Origin: Felis catus | Taxonomy: Eukaryota | NCBI RefSeq assembly: GCF_018350175.1 | Contig: NC_058368.1 | Location: 143,036,001 to 143,100,000 of the forward strand | Direction: 5' to 3' | Length of the DNA stretch: 64,000 bases | In this document: piece by piece, positions 11,908 to 24,462 of the stretch | How positions within the stretch are numbered: the first letter of the stretch is position 1 | Layout of the letters: every line of letters starts with the position of its first letter | The notes under the pieces: model-generated | Told to the model about the DNA's origin: nothing | Databases searched by the model: none | Seen by the model: only the letters and a program-made list of their open reading frames with translations | Translations under genes and position numbers: made by a program

Positions 11908-12652
11908 TTTTTTTTTTTTTTTTTTTAAGTTTGGGATATGACCTTTATTGAGCTTATCCACTGGAGTGGAAATAATGTCTGTACGAAACCAAATGTTTGT
12001 TACTATAACTTCTGCATCACAATTAAAATCCAAACAGTTTTTTAAAAACAATCAACTCAATCAAAACCCACTACTTCAGAATCAGTAGCTTCTTTGAAAC
12101 CCCAGTGACACTTAAATATGGATGGTTAAGACTCGAATGCAGAAATTTGGTTGGTTGGAAAGCGAATTAAACTTCCAACTTGCTCAATACAAAAAGGCAA
12201 AATTGTGTTTTCACAGAGATACAGTCCACTGGAATCACCAACACTGGACAGCTATTAAGAGTATTTAGAGTCCTGAGATAAGAATATTTAGAGTCCTGAG
12301 ATAATAAGGAATCCAGGCATCCTTGAAACAGTCTTCTGTTGTCCTTTCTTCCCAATCAGAGATATGTGGATGTGTGGAATGACACCACCACCAGCAATTG
12401 TAGCTTTGATGAGAGAATTCCTCATCTCCACGAATAACAAGTTGCAAGTGATGAGGGGTAATACACTTTACCTTCAAGTCTTTTGATGCATTTCCTGCCA
12501 ATTCAGGTACCACCTTTGTCTTAGCCTTTCTGGAATCCTTCCCAGCCTTACCATCTCAAATTCTGCTCAAGCTCAAACAAGGCAGAGAAAAGATTAGTCA
12601 GATAGCCAGGGAGATCCCACCTCCTACTTCATCGCACCACTATTCAAACTGC
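11908..12652 (-). pseudogene. Processed pseudogene of histone H2A.Z.1 (H2AZ1/H2AFZ) with 5' UTR, 3' UTR and poly(A)
   Basis: The minus strand gives the 5' UTR, ATG at 12554-12552, [41 protein letters not shown] and [11 protein letters not shown] (KTK and KTV point to H2A.Z.1). It has an H2AZ1-like 3' UTR, AATAAA at 11949-11944, poly(A) at 11908-11926 and TSD TGGGTTGC (11899-11906 / 12653-12660). It is intronless and frameshifted, and the stop codon is lost. Confidence 0.93.
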
Positions 12653-14710
12653 TGGGTTGCTTTCATAATGTTGAGTTTGGGAGGTTTTTTTTTGTATGTT
12701 TTGCATAACAGTGTTTTGTCAGAAATGTATTCTGCAAGCGTTTTCTCCCAGTCTGTAGCTTGTGTTTTCATTCTTTTGTATGTCTTTTGTAGAAGTTACT
12801 AGTTTTAGCAAAGTCTAGCTTAATAATTTTTTTCTTCATGGATTGTGCTTTTAGTGTTATGTCTAAAACATCGGTCACACCCAAGGTCACCAAGATTTTC
12901 TCCTATTTTCTAGGAGTTTTATAGTTTTGCATGGTCCATTTTGCATTCATTTTTGTGCAAGGTATAAGGTCCCCCCCCCCTTTTTTGCATGTGCATGCCC
13001 ATTTGTTTCTGTACCATTTGTTGAAAAGACTCTTCTTGGTTGAATTGCCTTTGCTCCTTTGTCAAAAGTTTACTGGACTGTGGGTTTGTTTTGGACTCTC
13101 CTCTGTTGATGTGTTTTCATTAACACACTGTCTTGATTACTGTAGCTTTCTAGTGACTAATGAAGTTGTATAGTGTCAATTCTCTGACTTTGTTTTTTAA
13201 TATTGGGTTGGCTGTTCTGGGTCTTTTGCCTTTCTCTATAAACTACAGAATTGGCGTATTAATGTCCGCAAAATAACTTGATGATACTTTGATTGGCATT
13301 GCATTTAGTCTATAGATCAAGATGGAAAGAACTGACATCTTGACAACAGTAATCTTCCAATCCATATATGTGGAATATTTTTCCATTTGTCTTGATCTTT
13401 GATTTCCTTAATCAAAGTTGTGTAACTTTGCTCATACAGATCTTGTGCATTGATTGATAATGTATTTCATTTTTTTTATTTCTAATGTAAATGATATGTG
13501 GAAGGTTTTGTGTTTTGTGGGATTTTTTGTTTTTGTTTTGTCTCGTCCTTTGGATTTTCTACACAGCAATGTCATCCACATAAAGACAGTTGTTTCTTCC
13601 CAATCTGTATGCCTTTTATTTCTTTCCTTAATTGCATTAGCTAGGACTGCCAGTACAATGTTAAATAGGAATGATGCGCAGGGACATCCTTGCCTTGTCC
13701 CTTAAGGGAAAGCATCTAGTTCATCACAGTTAAAAATGTTAGCTCTAGGTTTTTTGTTGTTCTTTATCAAGTTAAGGAAGTTTCCCTATATTCCTAGTAT
13801 GCTAGTGGTGTTTTTCATGAATGGTGTTGGGTTTTTTCCACTACTTTTCCTGCATCTATTGATGTCATATGATTTTTTTTTCTTTAGACTGTAATGTGAT
13901 GGGTTACATTGATTTGTTTTTTTAAAATGTTGAACCAGTCTTGCATACCTGTAATAAATCACATTTGGTTGTAATATATAATCTTCTTATAGAGTGTTGG
14001 ATATACCTCCCTAATACTTTGTTGAGGATTTTTGCATCTACATTCATAAGCGATGTTGATCTATAGTTTTCTCGTAATGTTTTGGTTGGGAGAATTTACC
14101 AGTGAACCTGTCTGGACTTGCTTGGTATTTTCTAATTTGGAAGGTTACTGATTATAAATTCAACTTCTTGAGTACCTAATAGGCCTATTCTGATTATCTG
14201 TTGTTGGGTGTGAGTTTTATTAGAGTGTATCTTGTAAGGAATTCATCCATTTCACCTAGGTTGTTGAATTTGTGGGCATAGAGATCTTCTTAATATTCCT
14301 TTTAAAGTTCATGGCAGCAGTAGTTATGTCCATTTTTCTAGTAACTGTTTTCTTTTTCTTTGCTAACCTTGATAAAGGTTTATCAACTTTATTGATGTTT
14401 TCAAAGAACCAGAGTTTTTTTGTTCATTGTTCTCTATTGATTTCCCCGTTTTAATTTCACTGATTTAAACTCTAAATTTTATTCTTATGTACTCTTAAAA
14501 TTATAATTTTCTTTTTTGGTTTTCTAAGGTGAAGGCTTAGATTATTGGATTTAGACTTTTGTAATATATGCATTCGGTGCTATAAACTTTCCTCTAAGCA
14601 CCTTTAATGCATCCCAGAATTTTTGATAAATTGTTTTCATTTAGTTAAAAATATTTTAAAATTTCTCTTGACTTTCTTTGATCCAGCTACTGTTTAAAAT
14701 TATGTTCTTT

Positions 14711-14918
14711 GGGGCGCCTGGGTGGCTCAGTTGGTTAAGCGTCCGACTTCGGCTCAGCTCATGATCTCACGGTCCATGAGTTAGAGCCCTGCTAGGGCTC
14801 TGTGCTGGCAGCTCAGAGCCTGGAGCCTGCTTCGGATTCTGTGTCTCCCTCTCTCTCTGACCCTCCCCCGTTTATGCTCTGTCTCTCTGTCTCAAAAATA
14901 AATAAACATTAAAAAAAA
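14711..14918 (+). mobile_element. CanSINE nested in old L1
   Basis: TSD core tatgttctt. Confidence 0.9.
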
Positions 14919-15934
14919 ATATGTTCTTTAATTTCCAGGTGTTTTAGGGATTTCCAGCAATATTTCTGTTAGTGATTTCTAGCTTAATTTCATTTTAGTC
15001 TGAGAGCATACTTCATGTGACTTCTTTCAAATTTGTTACGGTGTGTTTTAGGCCCAGAATGTGATCTGTCTTGGTAAATGTTCCATGTGAGCTCAAGAAG
15101 AATATGTTGGATGAAGTAGTTAATAGATGTCAATTATGTCCAGTTGATTCATGGTGCTGTTGAGTTCACCTATATCCTTACTGATTTTCTGACTGTTGGC
15201 TCTGTCCATTATTGATAAAGGGGTCTTGAAGTCTCCAAGTGTCATAGCCTTGTAGTTCTATCCGATCTCCTTTTTCTGATAATTTTCCTTGCTCCAAGGT
15301 CTGCTTTGTCGAAAGTAATATAACTACTGCAACTTTCTTTTGATTAGTGTTAGCATGGTATGTTTTTATCACCTTAACCTATCTGTGTGTGTATTTAAAG
15401 TGAGTTTCTTCTATACAACATATAGTTGGATCTTGTTTTTATATTCACCTGACAGTGTCTTTTAATTGGTGTATTTTAAACATCGATGTTTAAAATGATT
15501 ATTGATACAGTTGGAGTAATATCTATCCTGTTACTATTTTCTGTTTATTGCCATGTTGTTTTTTTCTTTTATCCATCTTCCACTCTTTGAGCATTCTGGT
15601 ATTAATTAAGCATCTTATATTCTGGTTTTTTTATCAATTAGTATATCCTCAATTTAGCATATCTGTGATACTTTTTTAAACTTTTTTTAGTGCTTGCATT
15701 CAATTTTGGGATATACATTTGCAATACTAACCAAGCTTTCTTTCAAGTAGTGCTGTTGCACTTCGTATTGTAGCACAGGTTCCTGGTAACAAGGTGTTCC
15801 CAGTTCTCCCCTCCTGTCCCTTTTAACATTTCTGTCGGGTTTTGTTTTTTTTTTAATTTATCTTATTAATGCATAAGATGTAATTGCTGGATATATTATG
15901 GCTACTATTTTGAGCAAACTATTATCTGTTAGTT

Positions 15935-16073
15935 GCCTGGAGCCTGCTTTGGATTCTGTGTGTGTGTGTCTCTCTCTGTCCTTCTGCTCACACTCTCTCT
16001 CTCAAAATAAATAAAAATTAAAAAAAAAAAAAAGAGAATTGGATGCTTAACCAACTGAGCTATCTAGGTACCC
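15935..16073. mobile_element. Two fused CanSINE remnants (+ strand 3' half, then - strand head)
   Basis: gcctggagcctgc...aataaa...An followed by gaattggatgcttaaccaactgagctatctaggtacccc. Confidence 0.75.
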
Positions 16074-16304
16074 CAAAGGTATTTTTTCATTTTATTTCCT
16101 TTTGATTCTTAGTATTTCCATCTCTCTGCTTACATTTCATATGTCCATTCTTGCATATTGTCTGCCTTTCCATTAGTTCCCTTAGCATATCAGTTATAGT
16201 TTCAATTCCCAGTCTGATAGTTCCCATATCCCTGCTATACCTGCATAATGGTCTTGATGCTTGCTTTATCTCTTCAAACTGTACTTCTAATATGCCCTGT
16301 AATT

Positions 16305-16514
16305 TTGTTTTTCTAAATTTTTTAAATGTTTGTTAATTTTTGAGAGAGAGAGTCAGGTGAGGAACAGAGAGATGGGGAGAGACAGAATCTGAAGCAGGCT
16401 CCACATTCTGAGCTGTTTGCACAGAGCCCGACGCGGGGCTTGAACCCACAAACCGTGAGATTGTGATCTGAGCCGAAGTCAGACACTTAATTGACTGAGT
16501 CACCCAGGTGCTCC
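16305..16514 (-). mobile_element. CanSINE
   Basis: Full body. Confidence 0.88.
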
Positions 16515-16961
16515 TTCCCTAGTTAGTTCTTAAATAAAAACCTAAGGTATGAAATTTTTTTGGTTTTATTCTCCTTTTACATGGGAGGTCTGCTGATGCA
16601 ACGGTAAGGAATTAGGGGAAGTGCTAATCACAGACTTATGAATACTTTTTAACCTGTCTGTACCCTGGGACTATTACTTTCACAAGTGCTCCTCAGTATC
16701 CCACTTCTCAACCCCCACTCCTTAGTGACACAGGAGTTGAGCATTTCTCTTCCCTAGGTCATTTAGGGTCTGGTGAAACCCTAGTACATAAGGCTATGAT
16801 AAAATAGTTTTTCTTGAGGACAGGCCTTGTTAAGATGGAATGATCCCTGAGCATATTGCAGAATGGCCACACTACTCATTCTCTGCCAGAAACACAAGGG
16901 TTTTGGCCAGTCTTCATTTAGAATCTGGTAGAACTCAGGGAGATAAAACAAAGAAAGTGTA

Positions 16962-17282
16962 GGGGCACCTGGGTGGTTCAGTCAGTTAAGTATCCAACTT
17001 CAGCTCAGGTCATGATCTCCTCATTCCCAAGTTCAGCCCCCTTCCCCCCCCCCCCCCCAACATCTGAGTCTGCTTCGGGTTCTGTGTCTCCGTCTGTCTG
17101 TGCCCCTCCCCTGCTCATGCTCTGTCTCTGTCTCTCTCAAAATTAAAATAAACATATTAAAAAATTAAAGTTTATGTTTTTGTTTTTTTTTAAAGTAATC
17201 TCTACACCTAACATGGGGCTCAAATCCATAACCCTGAGATCAGGAGTCACACGCTCCTCCAATGAGTCAGCCAGATGCCTCC
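16962..17282. mobile_element. CanSINE (+, 16962-~17168) tail-to-tail with a short older CanSINE (-, ~17177-17282)
   Basis: ggggcacctgggtgg head with an internal C-run, then aatctctacacctaacatggggctcaa...agccagatgcc. Confidence 0.8.
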
Positions 17283-17529
17283 AAGCCTAATTTTAGTTCT
17301 TGTAGTAACTTTAGTTACTCTGCTAAGTGATGCCAAGAAGGCCCAGGCAGATAAAGGGAATGATGAAGAGGAAGGGCAAAACAGGCACAATGGAGAATGA
17401 GAGAGGGCCTGTGCTAGTCCTGGAAATTGAAGTTAGGATTTTCTTCTGCTGTCCACTACTGGTGTAACTCTGCACAGTAGTCAGTCTTTGTGGAGTGAGT
17501 AGTCTAGAAAGCTGTGTAGCCTGAGGCTC

Positions 17530-20500
17530 TGCAGTTGTAAGTGGGATCAATTCCTTGATTGCTCTTTCTCCTTCATCATTGTTTAGATATACAACCAGTT
17601 TCTGTACATTGATTTTATATCCTGCGACTTTGCTGAATTCATGTATTGGTTCTAGCAGGTTTTGGGTGGACTCTTCTGGGTTTCCCACATAGAGTATCAT
17701 GTCTTCTGCGAAGTGTGAAAGTTTGACTTCCTCCTTGATGATTTGGATGCCTTTTATTTCTTTGTGTTGCCTGATTGCTGAGACTAAGACTTCCAATACT
17801 ATGTTGAATAACAGTGGCGAGTGTGGACATCCCTGTGGTGTTGCTGACCTTAGGGGAAAGTTCTGTTTTTCCCCCATTGAGGATGATACTAGTGGTGGGT
17901 CTTTTGTATATGGCTTTTATGATCTGGAGGTATGATCCTTCTATCCCTACTTTATCAGCAGTTTTTGTCAAGAAAGCTTGCTGGGTTTTATCAAATGCTC
18001 ACTCTCTATTGAGAGGATCATATGGTTCTTAACCTTTTTTAAAATTAATGTGGTGTATCACATTGATGTGCAGATACCGAACCATCCCTGCATTCCAGGA
18101 ATAGATCCCACTTGATCGTGGTGAATAATTCTTTTAGTGTATTATTGGATCTGTTTTGCTAGTATCTTGTTGAGAATTTTTGCATCCAGGTTCATCAGTG
18201 AAGTTAGTCTGTATTTCCCCTTTTTAGTGAGGTCTTGGTCTGCATTTGAAATCAGGGTAATGCTGGCCTCGTAGAAATGAGTTCGGAAGCTTTCCTTCCA
18301 TTTCTGTTTTTTGGAACAGCTTCAAAAGAATAGGTGTTAATTCCTCTTTAAATTTTTGGTAGAATTCCCCTGGGAAGCCATCTGGCCCTGAACTCTTGTT
18401 TGGAGATTTACTGATTCAGTTTCTTTACTGGTTATGGGTCTGTTCAAATTTTGTTTCTTCCTGTTTCAGTTTTGGTAGTTCATATGTTTCTAGGAATTTG
18501 TCCATTTCTTCTAGTTTGCCCAATTTTTTGGCATATAATTGCTCATGATATTCTCTTACTATCATTTGTATTTCTGCAGTGTTGTTTGTGATCTCTCCTC
18601 TTTCATTCGTGATTTTATTTATTGAGGTCCTTTCCTTTTTCTGTTGGATCAAACTGGGTAGGGTTTTATCAATTTTGATAATTCTTTCAAAGAATCAGCT
18701 CCTGGTTTCATTGATGTGTTCTACTGGTTTTTGTTTTTGTTTTTGATATTGTTGATTTCTGCTCTAATCTTTATTACTTCTCTTTCTCTGCTCGGTTTTT
18801 GGCTTTATTTGCTCTTCTTTTTCCAGTTTTTTTTTTAACGTGTAAGGTTAGTTTGTGTATTTGAGACCTTTATTTCTTCTTTAGGAAGGCCTGGATTGCT
18901 ATATACTTCCCTCTTAATGCACACCTTTGCTGCATCCAAGAGGTTTTGGGCTGTCATGTTTTCATTTTCATTGGCTTCCATGTACTTTTTAATTTGCACT
19001 TTAATTTATTGGGTAACCCATTCATTCTTTAGTAGGATGTTCTTTAATCTTCAAGTATTCATGGTTTTTCCAAATTTTTTCTAGTGGTTAATTTCGAGTT
19101 TCACAGCGTTGTGGTCTGAAAATATGTAAGGTATGATCTCGATTTTTTTGTACTTGTTGAGGCTGATTTGTGTACCAGTATGTGATCTATTCTGGAGAAT
19201 GTTCCATGTGTACTCAAAAAATGTGTATTGTGCTTTAGGATGAAATGCTCTGAATCTATCTCTTAAGTCCATCTGGTCCCAAATGTCATTCAAAGCCATT
19301 GTTTCATTGTTGATTTTTTGCTTAGGTGATATGTCCATTGTTGTAAGTGGAGTGTTGAAGTCCTCTATTGTTGTTGTATTATTATCAATGAGTTTCTTTA
19401 TTTTTATTTTATTAAAAACATTTTTTTTAATGTTTGTTATTGAGAGACAAAGAGACACAGAGCGTGAGCAGGGAAGGGGGAGAGAGAGGGGGAGACACAG
19501 AATCCATAGCAGGCTCCAGGTTCTCAGCTGTCAACACAGAGCCCGACGGAGGGCTCGAACTCATGATCTGTAACATTATGACCCGAGCTGAAGTCAGTTG
19601 CCCAACGAACTGAGCCACCCAGGTGCCCCACAATGAGTTTCTTTATGTTTGTGATTAATTGATTTATATATTTGGGTGCTTCGGCGTTGGGGGCATAAAT
19701 ATTTACAATTATTAGATATTTTTGGTGGATAGGCCCCTTATGATATAATGCCCTTCTTAATCTCTTGTTACAGTCTTTATTTAAAAATCTAGTTTGTCTG
19801 ATGTAAATATGCCTATACCAGCTTATTTTTGACAACCATTAGCATGATAGCTGGGTCTCTATGCACTTTTAATCTACAGGTCTAAAATGAGTCTCTTTTA
19901 AACAGCTTGTTTTGTTATCCATTTTGATACCCTGTGTCTTTTCAGTGGAGCATTTATTTAGTCCATTGACATTTAGGGTGAGTACTGAAAGATACGAATT
20001 TAGCACCATTGTGTTGCCTGTTGAGTTGGTGTTTCTGATGATGTTCTCTGGTGCTTTCTAGTCTTTGTTGCTTTTGGTCTTTTTTGTTTTGTCTTTTTTC
20101 GACTCAAAGCGTCCCCCTTAAAATTTCTTCTAGAGCTGGTTTAGTGGTCACAAACTCCTTTAGTTTTCATTTGGGAAACTTTTGCTCTCTGTTTTGAATG
20201 ACAGTCTTGCTGGATTAAGAATTCTTGGCTGTGTATTTTTCCGATTCAGCACGTTGAATACATCCTGCCACTCCTGTTTTTGTCCTGCCAAGTTTCTGTG
20301 GATAGGTCTGCTGTGAACCTGATCTGTCTTCTTTATAGTTTAAGGACTTTTTTTTCCCTTGCTGCTTTCATAATTCTTTCTTTGTCTTTGTATTTTGGAA
20401 ATTTGACTATGATATGCCTTGTTGATTGTCATTTTTTGTTGAATCTAGTGGGAGTCCTATGTACTTCTTGGGTTTTGACATCTGTGTCCTTCTCCAGATT

Positions 20501-20637
20501 AGGAAAGTTTTCCGGTATAATTTGCTCACATAAACCTTCTGCCCCTTTTTCTCTCTCTTCATCTTCTGGGATCCCTATGGTTCCAATGTTACTCCTTTTT
20601 AATGAGTCACTGAGTTCTCTAATTCTTACATTGTGCT
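17530..20637 (-). mobile_element. Internal carnivore L1 fragment (partial ORF1 to mid-RT), both ends missing
   Basis: Degenerate ORF2 peptides (17323-17877 QGCPHSP...FAEDM, 18425-18652, 19081-19458) and ORF1-like sequence at ~20100-20637. No poly(A) or TSD seen. Confidence 0.9.
19400..19629 (-). mobile_element. CanSINE nested in L1
   Basis: TSD caatgagtttctttat. Confidence 0.9.
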
Positions 20638-20767
20638 ATCAAAAGTTAATTTGGGAATGTTCCAAACTGGGAGGGGGAGCAGAGTGGCAAGGAGATTTGG
20701 GGAAATTAGTAAATAATATTGCCAGGGGTTGATAACTAACTACTGTGTATATTAGCAATGAAAAACA

Positions 20768-20966
20768 TTTTTTTAATTTATTTTTGAGCAAGAGAGAGCG
20801 AGCAAGTGGGAGATGGACAGAAAGAGCATGAGGCAGAAGATTCCAAGCAGGCTCTGTGCTGACCGCAGAGTGTGATTCAGGGCTCAAACTCACTAACTGC
20901 AAAATCAGGAAGGACCTGAGCCAAAATTGGACGCTTAACTGACTGAGCCATCCATGTGACTCCCCC
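20768..20966 (-). mobile_element. CanSINE
   Basis: Diverged full body. Confidence 0.85.
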
Positions 20967-21096
20967 AACTCCCATTTTTTTTTTTTCCATATAAAAACAG
21001 AGAAAGCTATGACATAGGTGGGGGAAAATTTTGTAAGGATATAAGCCTAGGTGGATAGATAGTATGGAGTCCCAGGAAATACAACAGGAATAATAC

Positions 21097-21302
21097 TGAG
21101 AGCAGTATTGAAAAGCTGATTGAGACCATGGTCTTGAGTAGTAATACATCTTGGGGCATGGAGATGAGTTATGAAAAGCTGAGAGCTTTTTTCAGAGAGT
21201 TTTTTTCAGTTATGAAAAAGTGAGAGCAGTTTGAAAAGCTGATTGAGGCCATGGTCTTGAGTAGTAACACATCTTGGGGCATGGAGATGAGTTATGAAAA
21301 GC
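21097..21302 (+). repeat. Direct duplication of about 83 bp with a 41-bp spacer
   Basis: 21097-21179 and 21221-21302 differ by two substitutions and one 1-nt indel. Confidence 0.95.
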
Positions 21303-21434
21303 ATTTAGTCCCTTTAGTTCCATCTGTGTTTCAGTATTCCAGGGTCGTAAGATGATAAGAGAGGGAGTTAAAAGCAAATGTTTATAGGCTATTATAATCA
21401 GATTTCTTTATAATAAAACTTTCTTGTTCCACAG

Positions 21435-21608
21435 CTGTTGGATAAGCACAAGAATACAGAAAGCATGGTTGAGCTTCTGGACTTGTATCAAATGGAGGAT
21501 GAAGCATATAGCAGCCTTGCAGAAGCCACAACTGAACTATATCAGTATTTACTACAGCCGTTCCGAGACATGAGAGAACTTGCCATGCTACGGAGACAGC
21601 AGATAAAG
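21435..21608 (+). CDS. JMY: JMY internal coding exon (probably exon 2), 174 nt, phase 0-0
   Basis: Acceptor ttcttgttccacAG, donor AAG|GTattt. Encodes LLDKHKNTESMVELLDLYQMEDEAYSSLAEATTELYQYLLQPFRDMRELAMLRRQQIK, recognised as JMY, and joins the next exon in frame. Confidence 0.95.
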
Positions 21609-22850
21609 GTATTTTTTTTTTTTTTTTAACCTACACAGTAGCCTGCCTGTTTTATAGTCTCAGCCTGGCTGGCCATCCATCTTAATTATAAGAGGAGCTT
21701 TGTTTTTTTTTTTTCCCCTTCAGTATATGAAATTTATTGTCAAATTGGTTTCCATACAACACCCAGTGCTCATCCCAAAAGGTGCCCTCCTCAATACCCA
21801 TCACCCACCCTCCCCTCCCTCCCACCCCCCATCAACCCTCAGTTCTCAGTTTTTAACAGTCTCTTGTGCTTTGGCTCTCTCCCACTCTAACCTCTTTTTT
21901 TTTTTTTTTCCTTCCCCTCCCCCGTGGGTTTCTGTTAAGTTTCTCAAGATCCACATAAGAGTGAAACCATATGGTATCTGTCTTTCTCTGTATGGCTTAT
22001 TTCACTAAGCATCACACTCTCCAGTTCCATCCACGTTGCTACAAAAGGCCATATTTCATTCTTTCTCATTGACACGTAGTATTCCGTTGTGTATATAAAC
22101 CACAATTTCTTTATCTGTTCATCAGTTGATGGACATTTAGGCTCTTTCCACAATTTGGCTATTGTTGAGAGTGCTGCTATAAACATTGGGGTCCAAGTGC
22201 CCCTATGCATCAGCACTCCTGTATCCCTTGGGTAAATTCCTAGCAGTGCTATTGGTGGGTCATAGGGTAGGTCTATTTTTAGATTTTTGAGGAACCTCCA
22301 CACTGTTTTCCAGAGTGGCTGCCCCAGTTTGTATTCCCACCAGCAGTGCAAGAGGGTTCCCATTTCTCCACATCCTCTCCAGCATCTATAGTCTCCTGAT
22401 GTGTTCATTTTGGCCACTCTGACTGGCGTGAGGTGATATCTGAGTGTGGTTTTGACTTGTATTTCCCTGATGAGGAGCAACGTTTAGCATCTTTTCATGT
22501 GCCTGTTGGCCATCTGGATGTCTTCTTTAGAGAAGTGTCTATTCATGTTTTCTGCCCATTTCTTCACTGGGTTATTTGTTTTTCGGGTGTGGAGTTTGGT
22601 GAGCTCTTTATAGATTTTGGATACTAGCCCTTTGTCCGATATGTCATTTGCAAATATCTTTTCCCATTCCGTTTGTTGCCTTTTAGTTTCATTGGTTGTT
22701 TCCTTTGCTGTGCAGAAGCTTTTTATCTTCATGAGGTCCCAGTAGTTCATTTTTGCTTTTAATTCCCTTGCCTCTGGGGATGTGTCGAGTAAGAGATTGC
22801 TACGGCTGAGGTCAGAGAGGTCTTTTCCTGCTTTCTCCTCTAAGGTTTTG

Positions 22851-23067
22851 TTAAAAATTTTTTTTTCAATGTTTATTTATTTTTGGGACAGAGAGAGACA
22901 GCCTGAACGGGGGAGGGGCAGAGAGAGAGGGAGACACAGAATCGGAAACAGGCTCCAGGCTCTGAGCCATCAGCCCAGAGCCTGACGCGGGGCTCGAACT
23001 CACTGACCGCGAGATCGTGACCTGGTTGAAGTCGGACGCTTAACCGACTGCGCCACCCAGGCGCCCC
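22851..23067 (-). mobile_element. Young SINEC_Fc nested in L1 ORF2
   Basis: Perfect 17-bp TSD tctcctctaaggttttg (22834-22850 / 23068-23084). Confidence 0.95.
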
Positions 23068-24240
23068 TCTCCTCTAAGGTTTTGATGGTTTCCTGTCTCA
23101 CATTCAGGTCCTTTATCCATTTTGAATTTATTTTTGTGAATGGTGTGAGAAAGTGGTCTAGTTTCAACCTTCTGCATGTTGCTGTCCAGTTCTCCCAGCA
23201 CCATTTGTTAAAGAGACTGTCTTTTTTCCATTGGATGTTCTTACCTGCTTTGTCAAAGATTAGTTGGCCATACGTTTGGGGGTCTAGTTCTGGGGTTTCT
23301 ATTCTATTCCATTGGTCTATGTGTCTGTTTTTGTGCCAATACCATGCTGTCTTGATGATGACAGCTTTGTAGTAGAGGCTAAAGTCTGGGATTGTGATGC
23401 CTCCTGCTTTGGTCTTCTTCTTCAAAATTCCTTTGGCTATTTGGGGCCTTTTGTGGTTCCATATGAATTTTAGGATTGCTTGTTCTAGTTTCGAGAAGGA
23501 TGCTGGTGCAGTTTTGATTGGGATTGCATTGAATGTGTAGATAGCTTTGGGTAGTATTGACATTTTGACAATATTTATTCTTCCAATCCGTGAGCAGGGA
23601 ATGTCTTCCCATTTCTTTATATCTTCTTCAACTACCTTCATAAGCTTTCTATAGTTTTCAGCATACAGATCTTTTACATCTTTGGTTAGATTTATTCCTA
23701 GGTATTTTATGCTTCTTGGTGGAATTGTGAATGGGATCAGTTTCTTTATTTGTCTTTCTGTTGCTTCATTGTTAGTGTATAAGAATGCAACTGATTTCTG
23801 TACATTGATTTTGTATCCTGCAACTTTGCTGAATTCATGTATCAGTTCTAGCAGACTTTTGGTGGAGTCTATCGGATTTTCCATGTATAATATCATGTCA
23901 TCTGCAAAAAGCAAAAGCTTGACTTCATCTTTGCCAATTTTGATGCCTTTGATTTCCTTTTGTTGTCTGATTGCTGATGCTAGAACTTCCAACACTATGT
24001 TAAACAACAGCGGTGAGAGTGGGCATCCCTGTCGTGTTCCTGATCTCAGGGAAAAAGCTCTCATTTTTTCCCTATTGAGGATGATGTTAGCTGTGGGCTT
24101 TTCATAAATGGCTTTTATGATGTGTAAGTATGTTCCTTCTATCCCGACTTTCTCAAGGGTTTTTATTAAGAAAGGGTGCTGGATTTTGTCAGAGGCCTTT
24201 TCTGCATCGATTGACAGGATCATATGGTTCTTCTCTTTTT

Positions 24241-24462
24241 TTTTTTTTTAAATTTTTTTTTTTAACGTTTATTTATTTTTGAGACAGAGAGAGACAGAGC
24301 ATGAATGGGGGAGGGTCAGAGAGAAGGAGACACAGAATCCGAAACAGGCTTCAAGCTCCGAGCTGTCAGCACAGAGCCCGACGTGGGGCTCGAACTCACG
24401 GACTGTGAGATCATGACCTGAGCCGGTCGGCCGCTTAACCGACTGAGCCACCCAGGCGCCCC
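24241..24462 (-). mobile_element. CanSINE nested in L1 ORF2
   Basis: TSD tcttctcttttt. Confidence 0.93.

Larger units (their letters stand above)
10545..16960 (-). mobile_element. Ancient eutherian L1 (L1MC/L1MD-like), fragmented; hosts the H2AZ1 retrocopy and SINEs
   Basis: L1M-type 3' end at ~10560, degenerate ORF2 antisense sequence at 12.7-15.5 kb, and an endonuclease-like peptide at 15178-15372. The 5' boundary is approximate. Confidence 0.75.

Noticed and set aside
12265..12554. Functional histone variant gene
   Set aside because: It has a frameshift after the ATG, a large internal gap, a second frameshift after GDEE and a lost stop codon.
14711..14790. tRNA-like A/B boxes as a tRNA gene
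   Set aside because: This is the tRNA-derived head of a CanSINE and continues into the SINE body and tail.
17323..17877. RT fragment fused to a hydrophobic, TM-like tail
   Set aside because: Read-through from a degenerate L1 (catalytic FADD changed to FAED) into the complement of a purine-rich flank.
1..21434. JMY promoter or first exon
   Set aside because: No CpG island or JMY N-terminal coding sequence is present, so it must lie upstream of the window.
23000..24223. 407-aa reverse transcriptase ORF as a novel retron- or defence-type system
   Set aside because: It is ordinary L1 ORF2 delimited by two SINE insertions, within a 5'-truncated element that has no promoter.
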